Of a stretch of DNA of 64,000 nt, positions 30,774-41,075 are shown piece by piece. The notes below the pieces were generated by a model. It had not been told where the DNA came from. It made no database searches and worked only from the letters and a program-made list of their open reading frames with translations. A program made the position numbers and the translations under genes. Source of the stretch: Nitrospirales bacterium (lineage in GTDB: Bacteria > Nitrospirota > Nitrospiria > Nitrospirales > UBA8639). Within the stretch, counting starts at the first letter, position 1. Every line of letters starts with the position of its first letter. The stretch is taken from the NCBI GenBank assembly GCA_963555755.3, contig OY820905.2, forward strand, positions 2,528,001 to 2,592,000, given 5' to 3'.

Positions 30774-31191
30774 GGCTATTTGGTGTTCACTCAATTAATC
30801 AAATGTTATTGGTTTTATAGAAATTTTGAACCTTGTTATTCCCCTATCACTCCGCGATGGGGTAACCGTTGAAGTCCCCCCTTTGGAAGTTGAAGTCCCC
30901 CCTTTGGAAAAGGGGGTTAGGGGGATTTTCTAATCCTATTTATTCCACAGTCTCCCTGACGAAATCCTAACAACCTGCGAGGCGCGTCCGCGCCTTTTAT
31001 TCCCCGCCACACGCCGTGCCGTGACGGCAGCCATGCCGTGACCAGGCGTGAGACCACGGCATCATTGCCGTGAGCCACAATCAGGCAACTCATCACATTC
31101 AATACCTCACTATCCTCCTAACCCCGCATAAACACGACAGAATCTCATCCTACCCTGTGCCACGTTAAAAAAAATCATCGACCGGTCGAGC

Positions 31192-31207
31192 TGGCATGGA
31201 ACTGGCA
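31192..31207 (+). promoter_or_regulatory. Putative sigma-54 (-24/-12) promoter
   Basis: TGGCATGGAACTGGCA = GG-N10-GC; repeated TGCCGTGA/CACGGCA motifs at ~31010-31073 may be enhancer sites. Confidence 0.6.
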
Positions 31208-31274
31208 ATTGTGCCTTGCAGGTGAACGCACGGCCGCAACGTTTCAGGCACGTAAGAGCGAAAGGAGATGCCCC

Positions 31275-31700
31275 ATGCCACCACGACCCGACCCGCGGAA
31301 AGTCCACCGCCATCCGTTTATTTCAAAATTTCAAAAAGGGAGGCGCTTTCCCAGATGGCCCGAACGTACACGCAAGGAACTGGAACGCCTCCGCGTCACC
31401 ACCCCGCAGACCCCGGCGGTTCCTCCACGGTGGCTGCGTATTGCTCCGGCACAGTACCTGAAGGAACGCTGGCCGGACACCGTCGTCATGATTTCCCCCG
31501 GCCGGAAAGCACAGGTGCCGGTTCGGCTGGTTCTGACAGCGGATCAGCCCCCCTGTCGCCGGCATGTGGAAGAAAAACAGGGCTCGTGTGAGACAGCATC
31601 GAGCCTGGTTGATGTATCACAATTATTCACCGCGTTCGCAGCGATCGACGCCACAAAGCCGGGCGGATCGCTCGCGGTCGTCAGGAAGGAGACATCATGA
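31275..31700 (+). CDS. Hypothetical basic protein
   Basis: RBS AAAGGAG before ATG; stop overlaps the OmpA start (ATGA). Confidence 0.5.
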   Translation: MPPRPDPRKVHRHPFISKFQKGRRFPRWPERTRKELERLRVTTPQTPAVPPRWLRIAPAQYLKERWPDTVVMISPGRKAQVPVRLVLTADQPPCRRHVEEKQGSCETASSLVDVSQLFTAFAAIDATKPGGSLAVVRKETS

Positions 31701-32680
31701 AACAGAGGAATCAACTCATACCCGGAATCACCATTTTTCTCGTGATGCTGATTGGAGGCGGATGGGTGACCTATCAGCTTCTTCTCGATGAAACAACGTC
31801 CAGTACAAAAAAAATGACAAATGTTCAGCGCACCAGCAAGAACGCGCTGCCCCACGCGCGTCCGGTTTCATCCCGACCGGTTGCCGTGACGACCACGTCC
31901 TCGTCCACCACCATGACGGATCCTGAAACAGCCCGCACTCAACCGGCGAAGAAGACTCCTGTGGAAACGGGTTCGTCCCTCGCACATGCCTCGACTGTCC
32001 CCGTTGCGAAACCGGTAACCACAAAGGCTTCCGCCACAACCTTTGAGGGGGAGGCCGCAACGGAAGAAGTATTGACCCTGGCCGATCTCCAGTTCGGCTT
32101 CAGTCGCAGCGGGCTGGGGGACCCCGCCAAAGTGACGCTTGATGCCTATGCGGAAACACTGGGTGATCCGCAATGGAGTGTCTTGATTCAAGGCCATACC
32201 GATGAGACCGGGTCGATCCGGCAGAACCTGCGTGTGGGATTACGTCGGGCCAATGCGGTTAAGCAGTATCTCATGGCACAAGGCATTCCCCAGCATCGCT
32301 TACATGTGGTGAGCCTCGGGGAGTATCAGCCGGTGTGCATGGAGATGACTCCGGCCTGCCAGTTGCAGAACCGGCGGGTGAGTTTTTCAGTGGCCCACCG
32401 GGAACACGTCGAGACGCCACCCGCGGTTCCGGTGACTCACCAGAAGGCACCGCCCACAGAACACACCGTGGTGGCGGTTGAACACGTCAGTCTCCCCGAA
32501 ATGATTCCACAGCCGCTCACCAGTGCGGACCTTACTGATGTGCAGGCGAACATCAAAGAGCATGAAGCCGGAATCCGCGTGGACAACATCACCACACCGG
32601 CAAAGATGGAACCGATCTATCCCGGACCCGTCCATAGCACCCCACCACCGACCATGACACCCAACGGTCGCAACCACTGA
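31697..32680 (+). CDS. OmpA-family peptidoglycan-binding protein with N-terminal TM anchor (PdsO-like role)
   Basis: LQFGFSRSGL..IQGHTDETGS..NLRVGLRRANAVKQYL..SLGE..NRRV. Confidence 0.9.
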   Translation: MKQRNQLIPGITIFLVMLIGGGWVTYQLLLDETTSSTKKMTNVQRTSKNALPHARPVSSRPVAVTTTSSSTTMTDPETARTQPAKKTPVETGSSLAHASTVPVAKPVTTKASATTFEGEAATEEVLTLADLQFGFSRSGLGDPAKVTLDAYAETLGDPQWSVLIQGHTDETGSIRQNLRVGLRRANAVKQYLMAQGIPQHRLHVVSLGEYQPVCMEMTPACQLQNRRVSFSVAHREHVETPPAVPVTHQKAPPTEHTVVAVEHVSLPEMIPQPLTSADLTDVQANIKEHEAGIRVDNITTPAKMEPIYPGPVHSTPPPTMTPNGRNH

Positions 32681-32691
32681 GGGAGGCTGAG

Positions 32692-34929
32692 ATGAAACGC
32701 TTGCGCCAGAACACCATTCTCTTCGTAGGTGGGCTGTCCATGCTCGCGGCTCTGGGTGGATGGGCCGGCTATTCCTGGCTGGCCCCCGGGCACCAGACGC
32801 GGCACGTACCTGTCGCCGCGACACAACCCGTACTCCCGGTCTCCACAACATCACAAGCCGGTCTGTTTTTCACGAGTGACACCCCGGGGAATTTCTACCA
32901 GGCACCCGTGCTCAAGACGGATGTGCAGTTTGTGGTCTCCGGCACGATGATTCGAGCCAGGGTCCGGCAACATTTTCACAATCCCTCTTCCAGGTGGTTG
33001 GAAGGGATCTATGTCTTTCCGTTGCCGGAACATTCCGCGGTGGATCGCTTGAGGATGAAGATCGGGGATCACTTCGTGGAAGGACAGATTCAGGAAAAAG
33101 AGGAAGCCAGGAAAACGTATGCCCGGGCCAAGCAGGAGGGCAAGCGGGCGAGTCTGGTCTCCAGCGCCCGGGACAATCTCTTTACCACCCGCGTAGCCAA
33201 TGTGGGTCCGGACGAAGAAATCATCATCGAGATTCAATACGCGGATACCATGCGCTACAGTGACCACACGTATTCGCTGCGGTTTCCGATGGTGGTGGCC
33301 CCCCGGTACGTGCCGGGTCAGGTGGTGATCAATGAAGATGGCGAAGTGGGAACCACCAGGGTCCCTGACGCCGGGGAAATCCTTTCTCCGATTCATGATC
33401 CGCAACAGGGGCCCATCAATCCCCTGACGCTCACCATTACGCTCGATCCGGGCTTTGAGGCTGAACACATTCACAGCCTGTATCATCCCATCACGATTCA
33501 ACCGGGAGAAGGGAACCAGTGGCTCATCACACTGGCGGATGGGGCCATTCCGGCAGATCGGGATTTTGTGCTGGAGTGGCACCCGCCAGCCGGTGGCGGT
33601 CCAACCACCAGCCTGATCGCCGAACAGGTGGGGCCGGATACCTTTCTGCATGGCACCGTCTTTCCCCCCGGGCCGGACTACACCGCAGCAACATCCCGGG
33701 CTCGTGATCTGACGGTGGTGGTCGATGTCTCGGGCTCGATGTCCGGCACGTCCATCGCACAAGTGCAGCAAGCCCTGGACACGCTTCTGACCTGGCTGAC
33801 ACCTGAAGATCGATTCAACCTCATCACGTTTGCGTCCACCACCACCCAACTGTTTCCCGACCTCACCGCAGCCACCACATCGAACATAGACACCGCCAGG
33901 CGATTTGTGGTGGAGCTTAAGGCCGATGGGGGAACCGAGTTGGTCCCGGCACTGGAAGCAGCCCTCTCAGGGAACGAAGACACGCTCCGGTTCCAGCAGG
34001 TGGTCGTGCTCACCGATGGCTCGATTGGCTATGAAGACGAGATGTTGAAAACGATTCATCGCCTCCTGGGATCTCAACGGTTGTTCATGGTAGGGATCGG
34101 GTCTGCGCCCAACAGCATGGTGATGCGGGAGGCCGCGGCCCTGGGACGTGGCACGTTCACGTATATCGGGGATCTCCAGGAAACCAGCACACGGATGCTG
34201 GCCTTGCTGAAGAAACTGAAACACCCTGCCGTCACAGATCTGGAACTGGAATGGCCCCCGCATCTCGTCGCGGACGAACCCCTGCGCCACCCGGAAATGT
34301 ATCCGTCCCGCATCCCGGATCTGTATCACGGAGATCCGGTGACCTTTGATGTGAAGTTCCGCAATCTGCAACCGGATCACATGACCGGCGTGATTCGTAT
34401 CACGGGACAAAACGGGGTTCTGCCATGGGGGCAGGAGTTTTCGCTGCAACACATCACTCATACAGAAGGCGTGGCGAAACTCTGGGCGAGAAAAAAGATT
34501 GCACAGCTCATGACGGATGCGCGCCAGGGGAGGGTGTCACAGGATGAGGCGAAACAAGCAGTGGTGCAGGTGGCGCTGGCCTATCAACTGGTCACCACGC
34601 AGACCAGCCTGGTCGCGGTCGATCGGGAGGTGGCCCGACCTCCGGGTGCGCAACTGGTCACGCATCAACTTGAAACCAATCTACCGGCGGGATGGACCCT
34701 GCCGACGATGAAGGAAGAGGGAATCTTCCCGACCTGGCTCGTGCAGCTTCAAGGAACCATGCCTGAACACGTGATGCCCGTGGTTCATGTGCCGACCCTC
34801 GTGGCCCTGGCACTTCCACAGACCGCAACTGCCGCTCAACTGCATCTGCTCATCGGATTCATGGGGTTCCTTCTGTTCTGTGTCGCGCACTATCTCCGCC
34901 GTCAGAGGAGGTACGATGGGGTGGCTTAG
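32692..34929 (+). CDS. VIT + vWA domain sortase target protein (marine proteobacterial type)
   Basis: VIT (RVRQHFHNP..EGIYVFPLP), MIDAS DVSGSMS, LTDG, GIGSAPN; C-terminal LPQTA + TM + RRQRR. Confidence 0.92.
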   Translation: MKRLRQNTILFVGGLSMLAALGGWAGYSWLAPGHQTRHVPVAATQPVLPVSTTSQAGLFFTSDTPGNFYQAPVLKTDVQFVVSGTMIRARVRQHFHNPSSRWLEGIYVFPLPEHSAVDRLRMKIGDHFVEGQIQEKEEARKTYARAKQEGKRASLVSSARDNLFTTRVANVGPDEEIIIEIQYADTMRYSDHTYSLRFPMVVAPRYVPGQVVINEDGEVGTTRVPDAGEILSPIHDPQQGPINPLTLTITLDPGFEAEHIHSLYHPITIQPGEGNQWLITLADGAIPADRDFVLEWHPPAGGGPTTSLIAEQVGPDTFLHGTVFPPGPDYTAATSRARDLTVVVDVSGSMSGTSIAQVQQALDTLLTWLTPEDRFNLITFASTTTQLFPDLTAATTSNIDTARRFVVELKADGGTELVPALEAALSGNEDTLRFQQVVVLTDGSIGYEDEMLKTIHRLLGSQRLFMVGIGSAPNSMVMREAAALGRGTFTYIGDLQETSTRMLALLKKLKHPAVTDLELEWPPHLVADEPLRHPEMYPSRIPDLYHGDPVTFDVKFRNLQPDHMTGVIRITGQNGVLPWGQEFSLQHITHTEGVAKLWARKKIAQLMTDARQGRVSQDEAKQAVVQVALAYQLVTTQTSLVAVDREVARPPGAQLVTHQLETNLPAGWTLPTMKEEGIFPTWLVQLQGTMPEHVMPVVHVPTLVALALPQTATAAQLHLLIGFMGFLLFCVAHYLRRQRRYDGVA

Positions 34930-35201
34930 AGCACGCACGACAACCATAATCTATAAAATTTTACATTTCCCCTTTCAGCCACTGTCAGATACAAGGGGTA
35001 AGAGGGTTGGTCTCTGTCATGGAAAGACCCCTTTCTGTCATCCCCGACATCTGTTATCGGGGATCCAGGTTTTTCCGTCTCTCCTTCATAAAAAACAACA
35101 AAATGGATTCCCGATAACGAATGTCGGGAATGACGGGACGAGGATGCACAGGCCCCGCTCCCATCCATCGAACGTGAACAGCACCAGACGCTGCCTGAGA
35201 A

Positions 35202-35786
35202 ATGAAGTCTAAGTTTTTACACATAACCCTCTGCGTGTTGCTGGGGATCGCGGGATGGGAGCTCGGGTCGGGTGCGTATATTTATTCCAAGGCACAGGTG
35301 GGGCAATGGTTGATTGCGCAGGCCTGGGAATCCAGCCTGCGCACCCATCGTCCGGTGAAACCATGGGCCTGGGCGGATACGTTTCCGATCGGACGATTAG
35401 TCGTGAAGGAGTTAGGGGTTGATCAATATGTCCTGTCCGGGGCCAGCGGCCGAACGCTGGCCTTCGGTCCCGGCCACTACGCCGGAACAGTAGACCCCGG
35501 CGACAAAGGAAGGGCGGTGATAGCAGGACATCGCGATACCCACTTTCTATTTCTGAAAGATGTGCAGGTAGGACAGGCGATAGCCTACCAGGACAGAACA
35601 GGATCCTGGCAGCACTTCGTGGTAGAACACATGGTCGTCATGGATGTGAATGAGGAACAATTACTGTTGGATGCGGAAACGCCCGCGCTTGCCTTAATCA
35701 CGTGCTACCCGTTTCATTCCATAGTCCCCGGAGGCCCACTGCGATATATCGTCTATGCCGCAAAACGTGATCGGTCCGCATCGTGA
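35202..35786 (+). CDS. Gram-negative-type (class GN) sortase, copy 1
   Basis: KPWAWADT.P, GASGRTLAFGPGH, IAGHRDTHF, LITCYPF, RY. Confidence 0.92.
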   Translation: MKSKFLHITLCVLLGIAGWELGSGAYIYSKAQVGQWLIAQAWESSLRTHRPVKPWAWADTFPIGRLVVKELGVDQYVLSGASGRTLAFGPGHYAGTVDPGDKGRAVIAGHRDTHFLFLKDVQVGQAIAYQDRTGSWQHFVVEHMVVMDVNEEQLLLDAETPALALITCYPFHSIVPGGPLRYIVYAAKRDRSAS

Positions 35787-35891
35787 TTGCGCTGGAAGGT
35801 TCCAGGCTCAGTGAATAAAAGACCAAACACTTTTAATGCCAGGAAAAAGGGACATTCTCCTTTTCCAGTTTGAACCCCAACCTGCAGACCG

Positions 35892-36404
35892 TTAGGCCGC
35901 TTCTGCCCATTGATTGTTGACTAATTTGAATGTCGGTTTCTTTTTGCCTTTTCCAGATTTTTCTTTGCCGAGTCGCCGGGCAAAGTCTAACAGCGCCTCC
36001 TTCCCCTTCCCACCGGTCCAGGCTTCTCGAATCAGGAGCCGGGCCAAGGTATCCCCGGTTGAACCGAGGGTTTTCGTTTTGCCAGTTTCCACCCGAGAGA
36101 GATGCGCCGGGTCAATATGCAGAAGCGTGGCAAATTCATGCGCCTGGAACCCGACATGCTTTCGAAGATATCGCAATTCTTTTCCGGTCAGCGATCCTGC
36201 TTTTTCTAGCAGGGTGGCGGCAATCATGTTCAGCAAGGGGCCCATTTTCGGAATCTGAACGCCATACTCTTTGCACTGCTTACAGTGCAGCACCGTGGCC
36301 CCAATCAAATACACATGATCGAGTCCACTTTCGATAAATCGATACGGATTCGTCGCCGTGGATTTCTTCGCCACGAAGGCCCCACCACATTCTTGACACT
36401 TCAT
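35892..36404 (-). CDS. MqsA/YgiT-type Zn-finger + HTH antitoxin
   Basis: MKCQECGG..HCKQCKE; LTGKELRYLRK..HLSRVETG. Confidence 0.85.
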   Translation of the reverse strand: MKCQECGGAFVAKKSTATNPYRFIESGLDHVYLIGATVLHCKQCKEYGVQIPKMGPLLNMIAATLLEKAGSLTGKELRYLRKHVGFQAHEFATLLHIDPAHLSRVETGKTKTLGSTGDTLARLLIREAWTGGKGKEALLDFARRLGKEKSGKGKKKPTFKLVNNQWAEAA

Positions 36405-36419
36405 CGCGTGTTCCTCCTT

Positions 36420-36710
36420 TCAGTCAATAACAGTCACGATGATTAATGTATCTTGAATTTCCACGACGCACGACCCTTTTTGATTATTCAAGGTCTTCCC
36501 TTGCAATTTATACCGCCACGTCCCCTCGGGCATCGAATGATCCACCAACCGCCCGTACCACAGGATATGGTGAATGTCTTGAAGGGTGATGTCACGCTGT
36601 CCCATGCGTCGGCGCGCGTGAGGCAGGACCGTGACTGCGCCATCATTCCACAATGTTTGGATGGCCGCTTTTAGTTGGCGTACATTGAGGGGCGCAGTGT
36701 GGCCATCCAT
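36420..36710 (-). CDS. DUF4258-family putative toxin
   Basis: HARRRMGQRDITLQDI..G..WRYKLQG..LIIVTVI; lies upstream of the antitoxin. Confidence 0.8.
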   Translation of the reverse strand: MDGHTAPLNVRQLKAAIQTLWNDGAVTVLPHARRRMGQRDITLQDIHHILWYGRLVDHSMPEGTWRYKLQGKTLNNQKGSCVVEIQDTLIIVTVID

Positions 36711-36993
36711 GACAATTTGATATTATATCAATTATTGATAATATATCAATCACTTTCTTTTACACACACTCCGGGACTCCGAAGGAAAAGGGGACAGTCC
36801 ACTTTTCTGACGGTTTCCCTCTTGTCATTTCGAACGGATGTGAGAAATCCTTACACATCGAACGGGCAAAGATTTCTCCCCTTGGTCGAAATGACAACAG
36901 GGGAAGAGTCATCATTTCCTACTGCGGAATCCGGGTTTAACGAAAACGATCGGAAAAGTTGGCCAAATCCAGTGCAATCGCAGTAGATCCCTA

Positions 36994-37209
36994 ATGGGCC
37001 TGTTGAATAATTCACGTGAATAGCCAATAAAAGCTCTAAATGAACCACGCATCGTCAAGGGGAGGGAATGTTCAAAAAAGCATGCCCTGAGTCTTTCCGA
37101 AGGGTCTATCCAGCAAGGCCGCAGCCATGTTGACGCGCGGAGCGTACTCTCAGTACGTGAGCACGGCAAAATGGCGAGAACGCCGCTGGCGGCTTTTTTC
37201 AACATTCCC
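36994..37209. repeat. REP/MITE family R2 (long form), replacing the 5' end of sortase copy 2
   Basis: Near-identical to 5526-5741. Confidence 0.85.
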
Positions 37210-37210
37210 T

Positions 37211-37792
37211 AGATCACGCGCGACAACCGCGATCCTCTGCGTGATGCTGGGGATCGCGGCATGGGAGTTTGGGTCGGGTGCGTATATTTATGCCAAGGCG
37301 CAGGTGGGGCAATGGTTGATTGCACGGGCCTGGGAATCCAGCCTGCGCACCCACCGGCCGGTGAAACCATGGGCCTGGGCGGATACGTATCCGATCGGAC
37401 GATTGGTCGTGAAGGAGTTAGGAGTTGATCAATATGTCCTGTCCGGGGCCAGCGGCCGAACACTGGCCTTCGGCCCCGGCCACTACGCCGGAACGGTAGA
37501 CCCCGGTAACAAAGGAAGGGCGGTGATAGCGGGGCATCGCGATATCCATTTTCTCTTTCTAAAAGATGTACAGGTAGGACAGGCGATAGCCTACCAGGAC
37601 AGAACAGGAACCTGGCAACACTTCCTGGTAGAACACATGGTCGTCATGGATGTGAATGAGGAACAATTACTGTTGGATGCGGAAACGCCCGCGCTTGCCT
37701 TAATCACGTGCTACCCGTTTCATTCCATAGTCCCCGGAGGCCCACTGCGATATATCGTCTATGCCATACAACGTGATGGGGTCGCATCGTGA
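37211..37792 (+). CDS. Class GN sortase, copy 2 (native start lost; may be a pseudogene)
   Basis: 37234-37814 is a near-identical direct repeat of 35228-35808; catalytic H, TC and R motifs intact. Confidence 0.8.
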   Translation, partial: RSRATTAILCVMLGIAAWEFGSGAYIYAKAQVGQWLIARAWESSLRTHRPVKPWAWADTYPIGRLVVKELGVDQYVLSGASGRTLAFGPGHYAGTVDPGNKGRAVIAGHRDIHFLFLKDVQVGQAIAYQDRTGTWQHFLVEHMVVMDVNEEQLLLDAETPALALITCYPFHSIVPGGPLRYIVYAIQRDGVAS

Positions 37793-38300
37793 TTGCGCTG
37801 GAAGACTCCAGGCTTTGTGGATAACGGGGCAACAAGCCCCGAATACTTGTCAGACAAAGGGAAGTGTCAGGAGGCTGTTTCCCAGGGCAACGCTATCAAG
37901 GTGAGTAACGCCTGGAGTTGCTCAGGAGGGTGTGGGCTGGCGCAGACTGGAAGACCGCGACGCCAACGGTGAGGCGATAGTTGTCAGCGAGCATCAAGCA
38001 ATGCAGATAATTTATTAAACAGGATTGCCCTTTTTTTTTGAACAAACCCGCCGGTTTCGATCCTGCGCCTATCTTCAGAAAAAGCCATCTCTAATTCCGC
38101 CTGTACTTTAATGTAGGGGTTGGCTATTCTTGCCTTGGGAATGCCTGAAGTGGCTTGGGTAAAATGGACCTTTCCGTTTGGTAGAGAAAAACAAAAACCT
38201 GTATTTTGAAATGCAGGGCGTGTCTAATTTAGCTGCTTTCAGACGTTGACGAAATTTTCCTTCTCTTTGCACCTCTAAAATAAGACTGAGGAAGTTGCTT

Positions 38301-39839
38301 ATGCTGACCGGTACTATCCGTAGCCAAGTTGACAGTATCTGGAATGCCTTTTGGTCTGGCGGCATCTCCAATCCACTTGAGATCATCGAACAGATTACCT
38401 ATCTGCTCTTCCTTCGCCGCCTCGATGATCTCCATATCCTGGAGGAAAATAAATCTGCTCGGCTTAAAAAACCAATGGAACGCAGAGTCATCCCAGAAGG
38501 GAAAGACCCAAAAGACCGATCGTACGAGGATCTGCGCTGGTCCCGTTTCAAGCACCTCGCCCCGGGGGAGATGTTCACCGTCATTGACGAACACGTCTTC
38601 CCTTTCCTAAAAGCCATGGGCAATGACGACTCCACCTATGCTCACCATATGAAAGACGCGCGCTTTACCATCCCCACACCCGCGCTCCTGGCAAAGGTGG
38701 TGGATTTACTCGATGGGGTGCCAATGGAGGACCGCGATACCAAGGGCGATATTTACGAATACATGCTCGCCAAGATTGCCACGGCTGGCCAGAATGGCCA
38801 GTTCCGCACCCCGCGCCATATCATCCGGTTGATGGTAGAGATGACGGCGCCACAACCGACCGATCTCATCTGTGACCCAGCCTGCGGTACGGCCGGCTAT
38901 CTTGTGGCGGCTGGAGAATATCTGCGTCAGCACCACCCGAGCATCCTTCATGACGAAAAGGCCAAGGAGCACTTCCATCATCATATGTTCCACGGCTTCG
39001 ACTTCGACAACACCATGTTGCGTATCGGCAGCATGAACATGCTCCTACACGGCGTCGAAAATCCGGACATCCGCTACCGGGATTCCCTCTCGCAAGATCA
39101 TTCCGGCGACGAAGAGGCCTATACCTTGGTACTTGCCAATCCTCCGTTCGCTGGCAGCCTTGATTATGAGAACACCGCCAAGGATCTGTTACAGATCGTC
39201 AAAACCAAGAAGACCGAACTCCTTTTCCTCGCGCTATTCCTACGCCTGCTGAAGCCCGGAGGCCGAGCCGCTGTGATCGTCCCCGACGGCGTACTATTCG
39301 GGTCTAGTAAGGCACACAAAGAACTGCGCCGCTTGCTTGTGGAAGAGCAGAAACTCGATGCCGTGATCTCGCTTCCGAGCGGCGCGTTCAAGCCCTACGC
39401 CGGTGTCTCAACCGCAATCCTATTATGTACCAAGACCAACTCCGGCGGCACCGACAACGTGTGGTTCTATGGCGTGGAGGCCGACGGCTTGAGCCTCGAT
39501 GATAAACGTACGCTGCTTTTGAGCGAAGACAAACTCGGCCCAACACCGCACACTGCACTCGCCGCTGAGGAGCACGCCAAGAATAACCTACCCGATGTGC
39601 TAGCGCGCTGGGCGCTACGCGACAGTAGCGAGCACGAACGGGCACGCACGGATCAGAGTTTCTGTGTGCCCAAGGCCGACATCGCCGCCCAGGGTTACGA
39701 CCTCTCCCTCAACCGATACAAGGAAGTGGTGCACGAAATAATCGAGCACCGCATGCCTAAGGAAATCCTCGCCGGCCTCGCCAAGCTGGAGAATGAGATC
39801 CAGCAGGGGATGAATGAGTTGGAGGGGATGCTGAAGTGA
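38301..39839 (+). CDS. hsdM: Type I restriction-modification methyltransferase subunit
   Basis: GQFRTPRH, DPACGTAG, ANPPF, PDGVLFG. Confidence 0.95.
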   Translation: MLTGTIRSQVDSIWNAFWSGGISNPLEIIEQITYLLFLRRLDDLHILEENKSARLKKPMERRVIPEGKDPKDRSYEDLRWSRFKHLAPGEMFTVIDEHVFPFLKAMGNDDSTYAHHMKDARFTIPTPALLAKVVDLLDGVPMEDRDTKGDIYEYMLAKIATAGQNGQFRTPRHIIRLMVEMTAPQPTDLICDPACGTAGYLVAAGEYLRQHHPSILHDEKAKEHFHHHMFHGFDFDNTMLRIGSMNMLLHGVENPDIRYRDSLSQDHSGDEEAYTLVLANPPFAGSLDYENTAKDLLQIVKTKKTELLFLALFLRLLKPGGRAAVIVPDGVLFGSSKAHKELRRLLVEEQKLDAVISLPSGAFKPYAGVSTAILLCTKTNSGGTDNVWFYGVEADGLSLDDKRTLLLSEDKLGPTPHTALAAEEHAKNNLPDVLARWALRDSSEHERARTDQSFCVPKADIAAQGYDLSLNRYKEVVHEIIEHRMPKEILAGLAKLENEIQQGMNELEGMLK

Positions 39840-41073
39840 TCTCCCGCAATTCTATTACCGACGCTTACCCCACCAAGCGACTGGGAGATGTTGTCGAGTT
39901 CCTCGATAGCATGCGTCGACCGGTCACCGAATCAGACCGCCGTGCTGGCCAGTATCCGTACTACGGGGCAAATGGTCTGCAAGGAACAATCGATGACTTC
40001 ATCTTTGACGAACCGCTGGTACTGCTCGCGGAAGACGGTGGCCATTTTGGAACACCTGACAGAGGTATTGCCTACTGCGTTTCAGGCAAGACATGGGTAA
40101 ATAACCATGCACATGTATTGCGACCGAAGGTAGGCATGGATCTGGGGTTCTTATGCCGTGTTCTTGAAAACTACGACGTAAGGCCATGGGTCACGGGGAC
40201 AACGCGCGGCAAACTGACCCAGGCTGGGGCTTCCCAAATTTTGGTTCCAGTTCCATCCCCCCCCGAACAGCGGCGGATTGCCGAGGTGCTGGATCGGGCA
40301 GAGGCGTTGCGGGCTAAGCGCCGCGCCGCCCTCGCCCAACTCGACACCCTCGCCCAATCCATCTTCTTCGAAATGTTCGGCAACCCCGCTACGAATCCGA
40401 AGGGGTGGATCCGGGAATCCTCAAAACCTAGGCGCGGTAATCAACGGCGGCATTTGGGAGTCCAACGAGCGCAGAATTTCGGAATGTTCGATGGCCCAAT
40501 TCCCTTGTTACGCCTGGCGACAACCTCGAGATCGATTCCCCGGGGTCGCGAAGCGTCACTGAAGCTGGCGCCAAGGAGATCGTTCGGTACACGGCCAGGT
40601 GCGACGCTCGGGTGACGTGCTCATCACTATCATCGGCACTTGCGGTTCAGCTGCGCTTGGCCTGCCCACTCTTAACGAAGATCGCCATCCCGATTCCTGC
40701 TACCATCAATGCTAAGGCGCGGGATCTCCAACTGCTGCATCAGGCACACGATTGGTTGACGACCGCTAAAATCGCTGCTGCCGAGTTACTTGCTGCGGTT
40801 TTTCCTCGCCACCCTCACGTGTTGTATCAGCATGGTATCCGGGAGAGAGGGGCTGTCCAGAAGATGCCTGTTAACCACAACACTAACTCATCTGAACATT
40901 GGAACTTCGGATTCCTCTCCCGTATCCTTTCGCTGGGTTAAATTCAAGGAACTTCGGATTCCGAAAGAATTCGTGCAGTCGAACAGCAAGAAAAACTCCT
41001 ACAGGCCAGCTCATCAGAAATAGATAATCTTTTTTCTTCTCTGCAATACCGGGCTTTCCGAGGAGATTTATAA
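39836..41073 (+). pseudogene. hsdS: Type I specificity subunit: first half intact, second TRD multiply frameshifted
   Basis: YPYYGANG, WVNNHAHVL, P.PPEQRRIAEVLD..SIFFEMFGNP..NPKGW; terminal conserved region ..LFSSLQYRAFRGDL* ends at 41073 in another frame. Confidence 0.85.
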
Positions 41074-41075
41074 CC

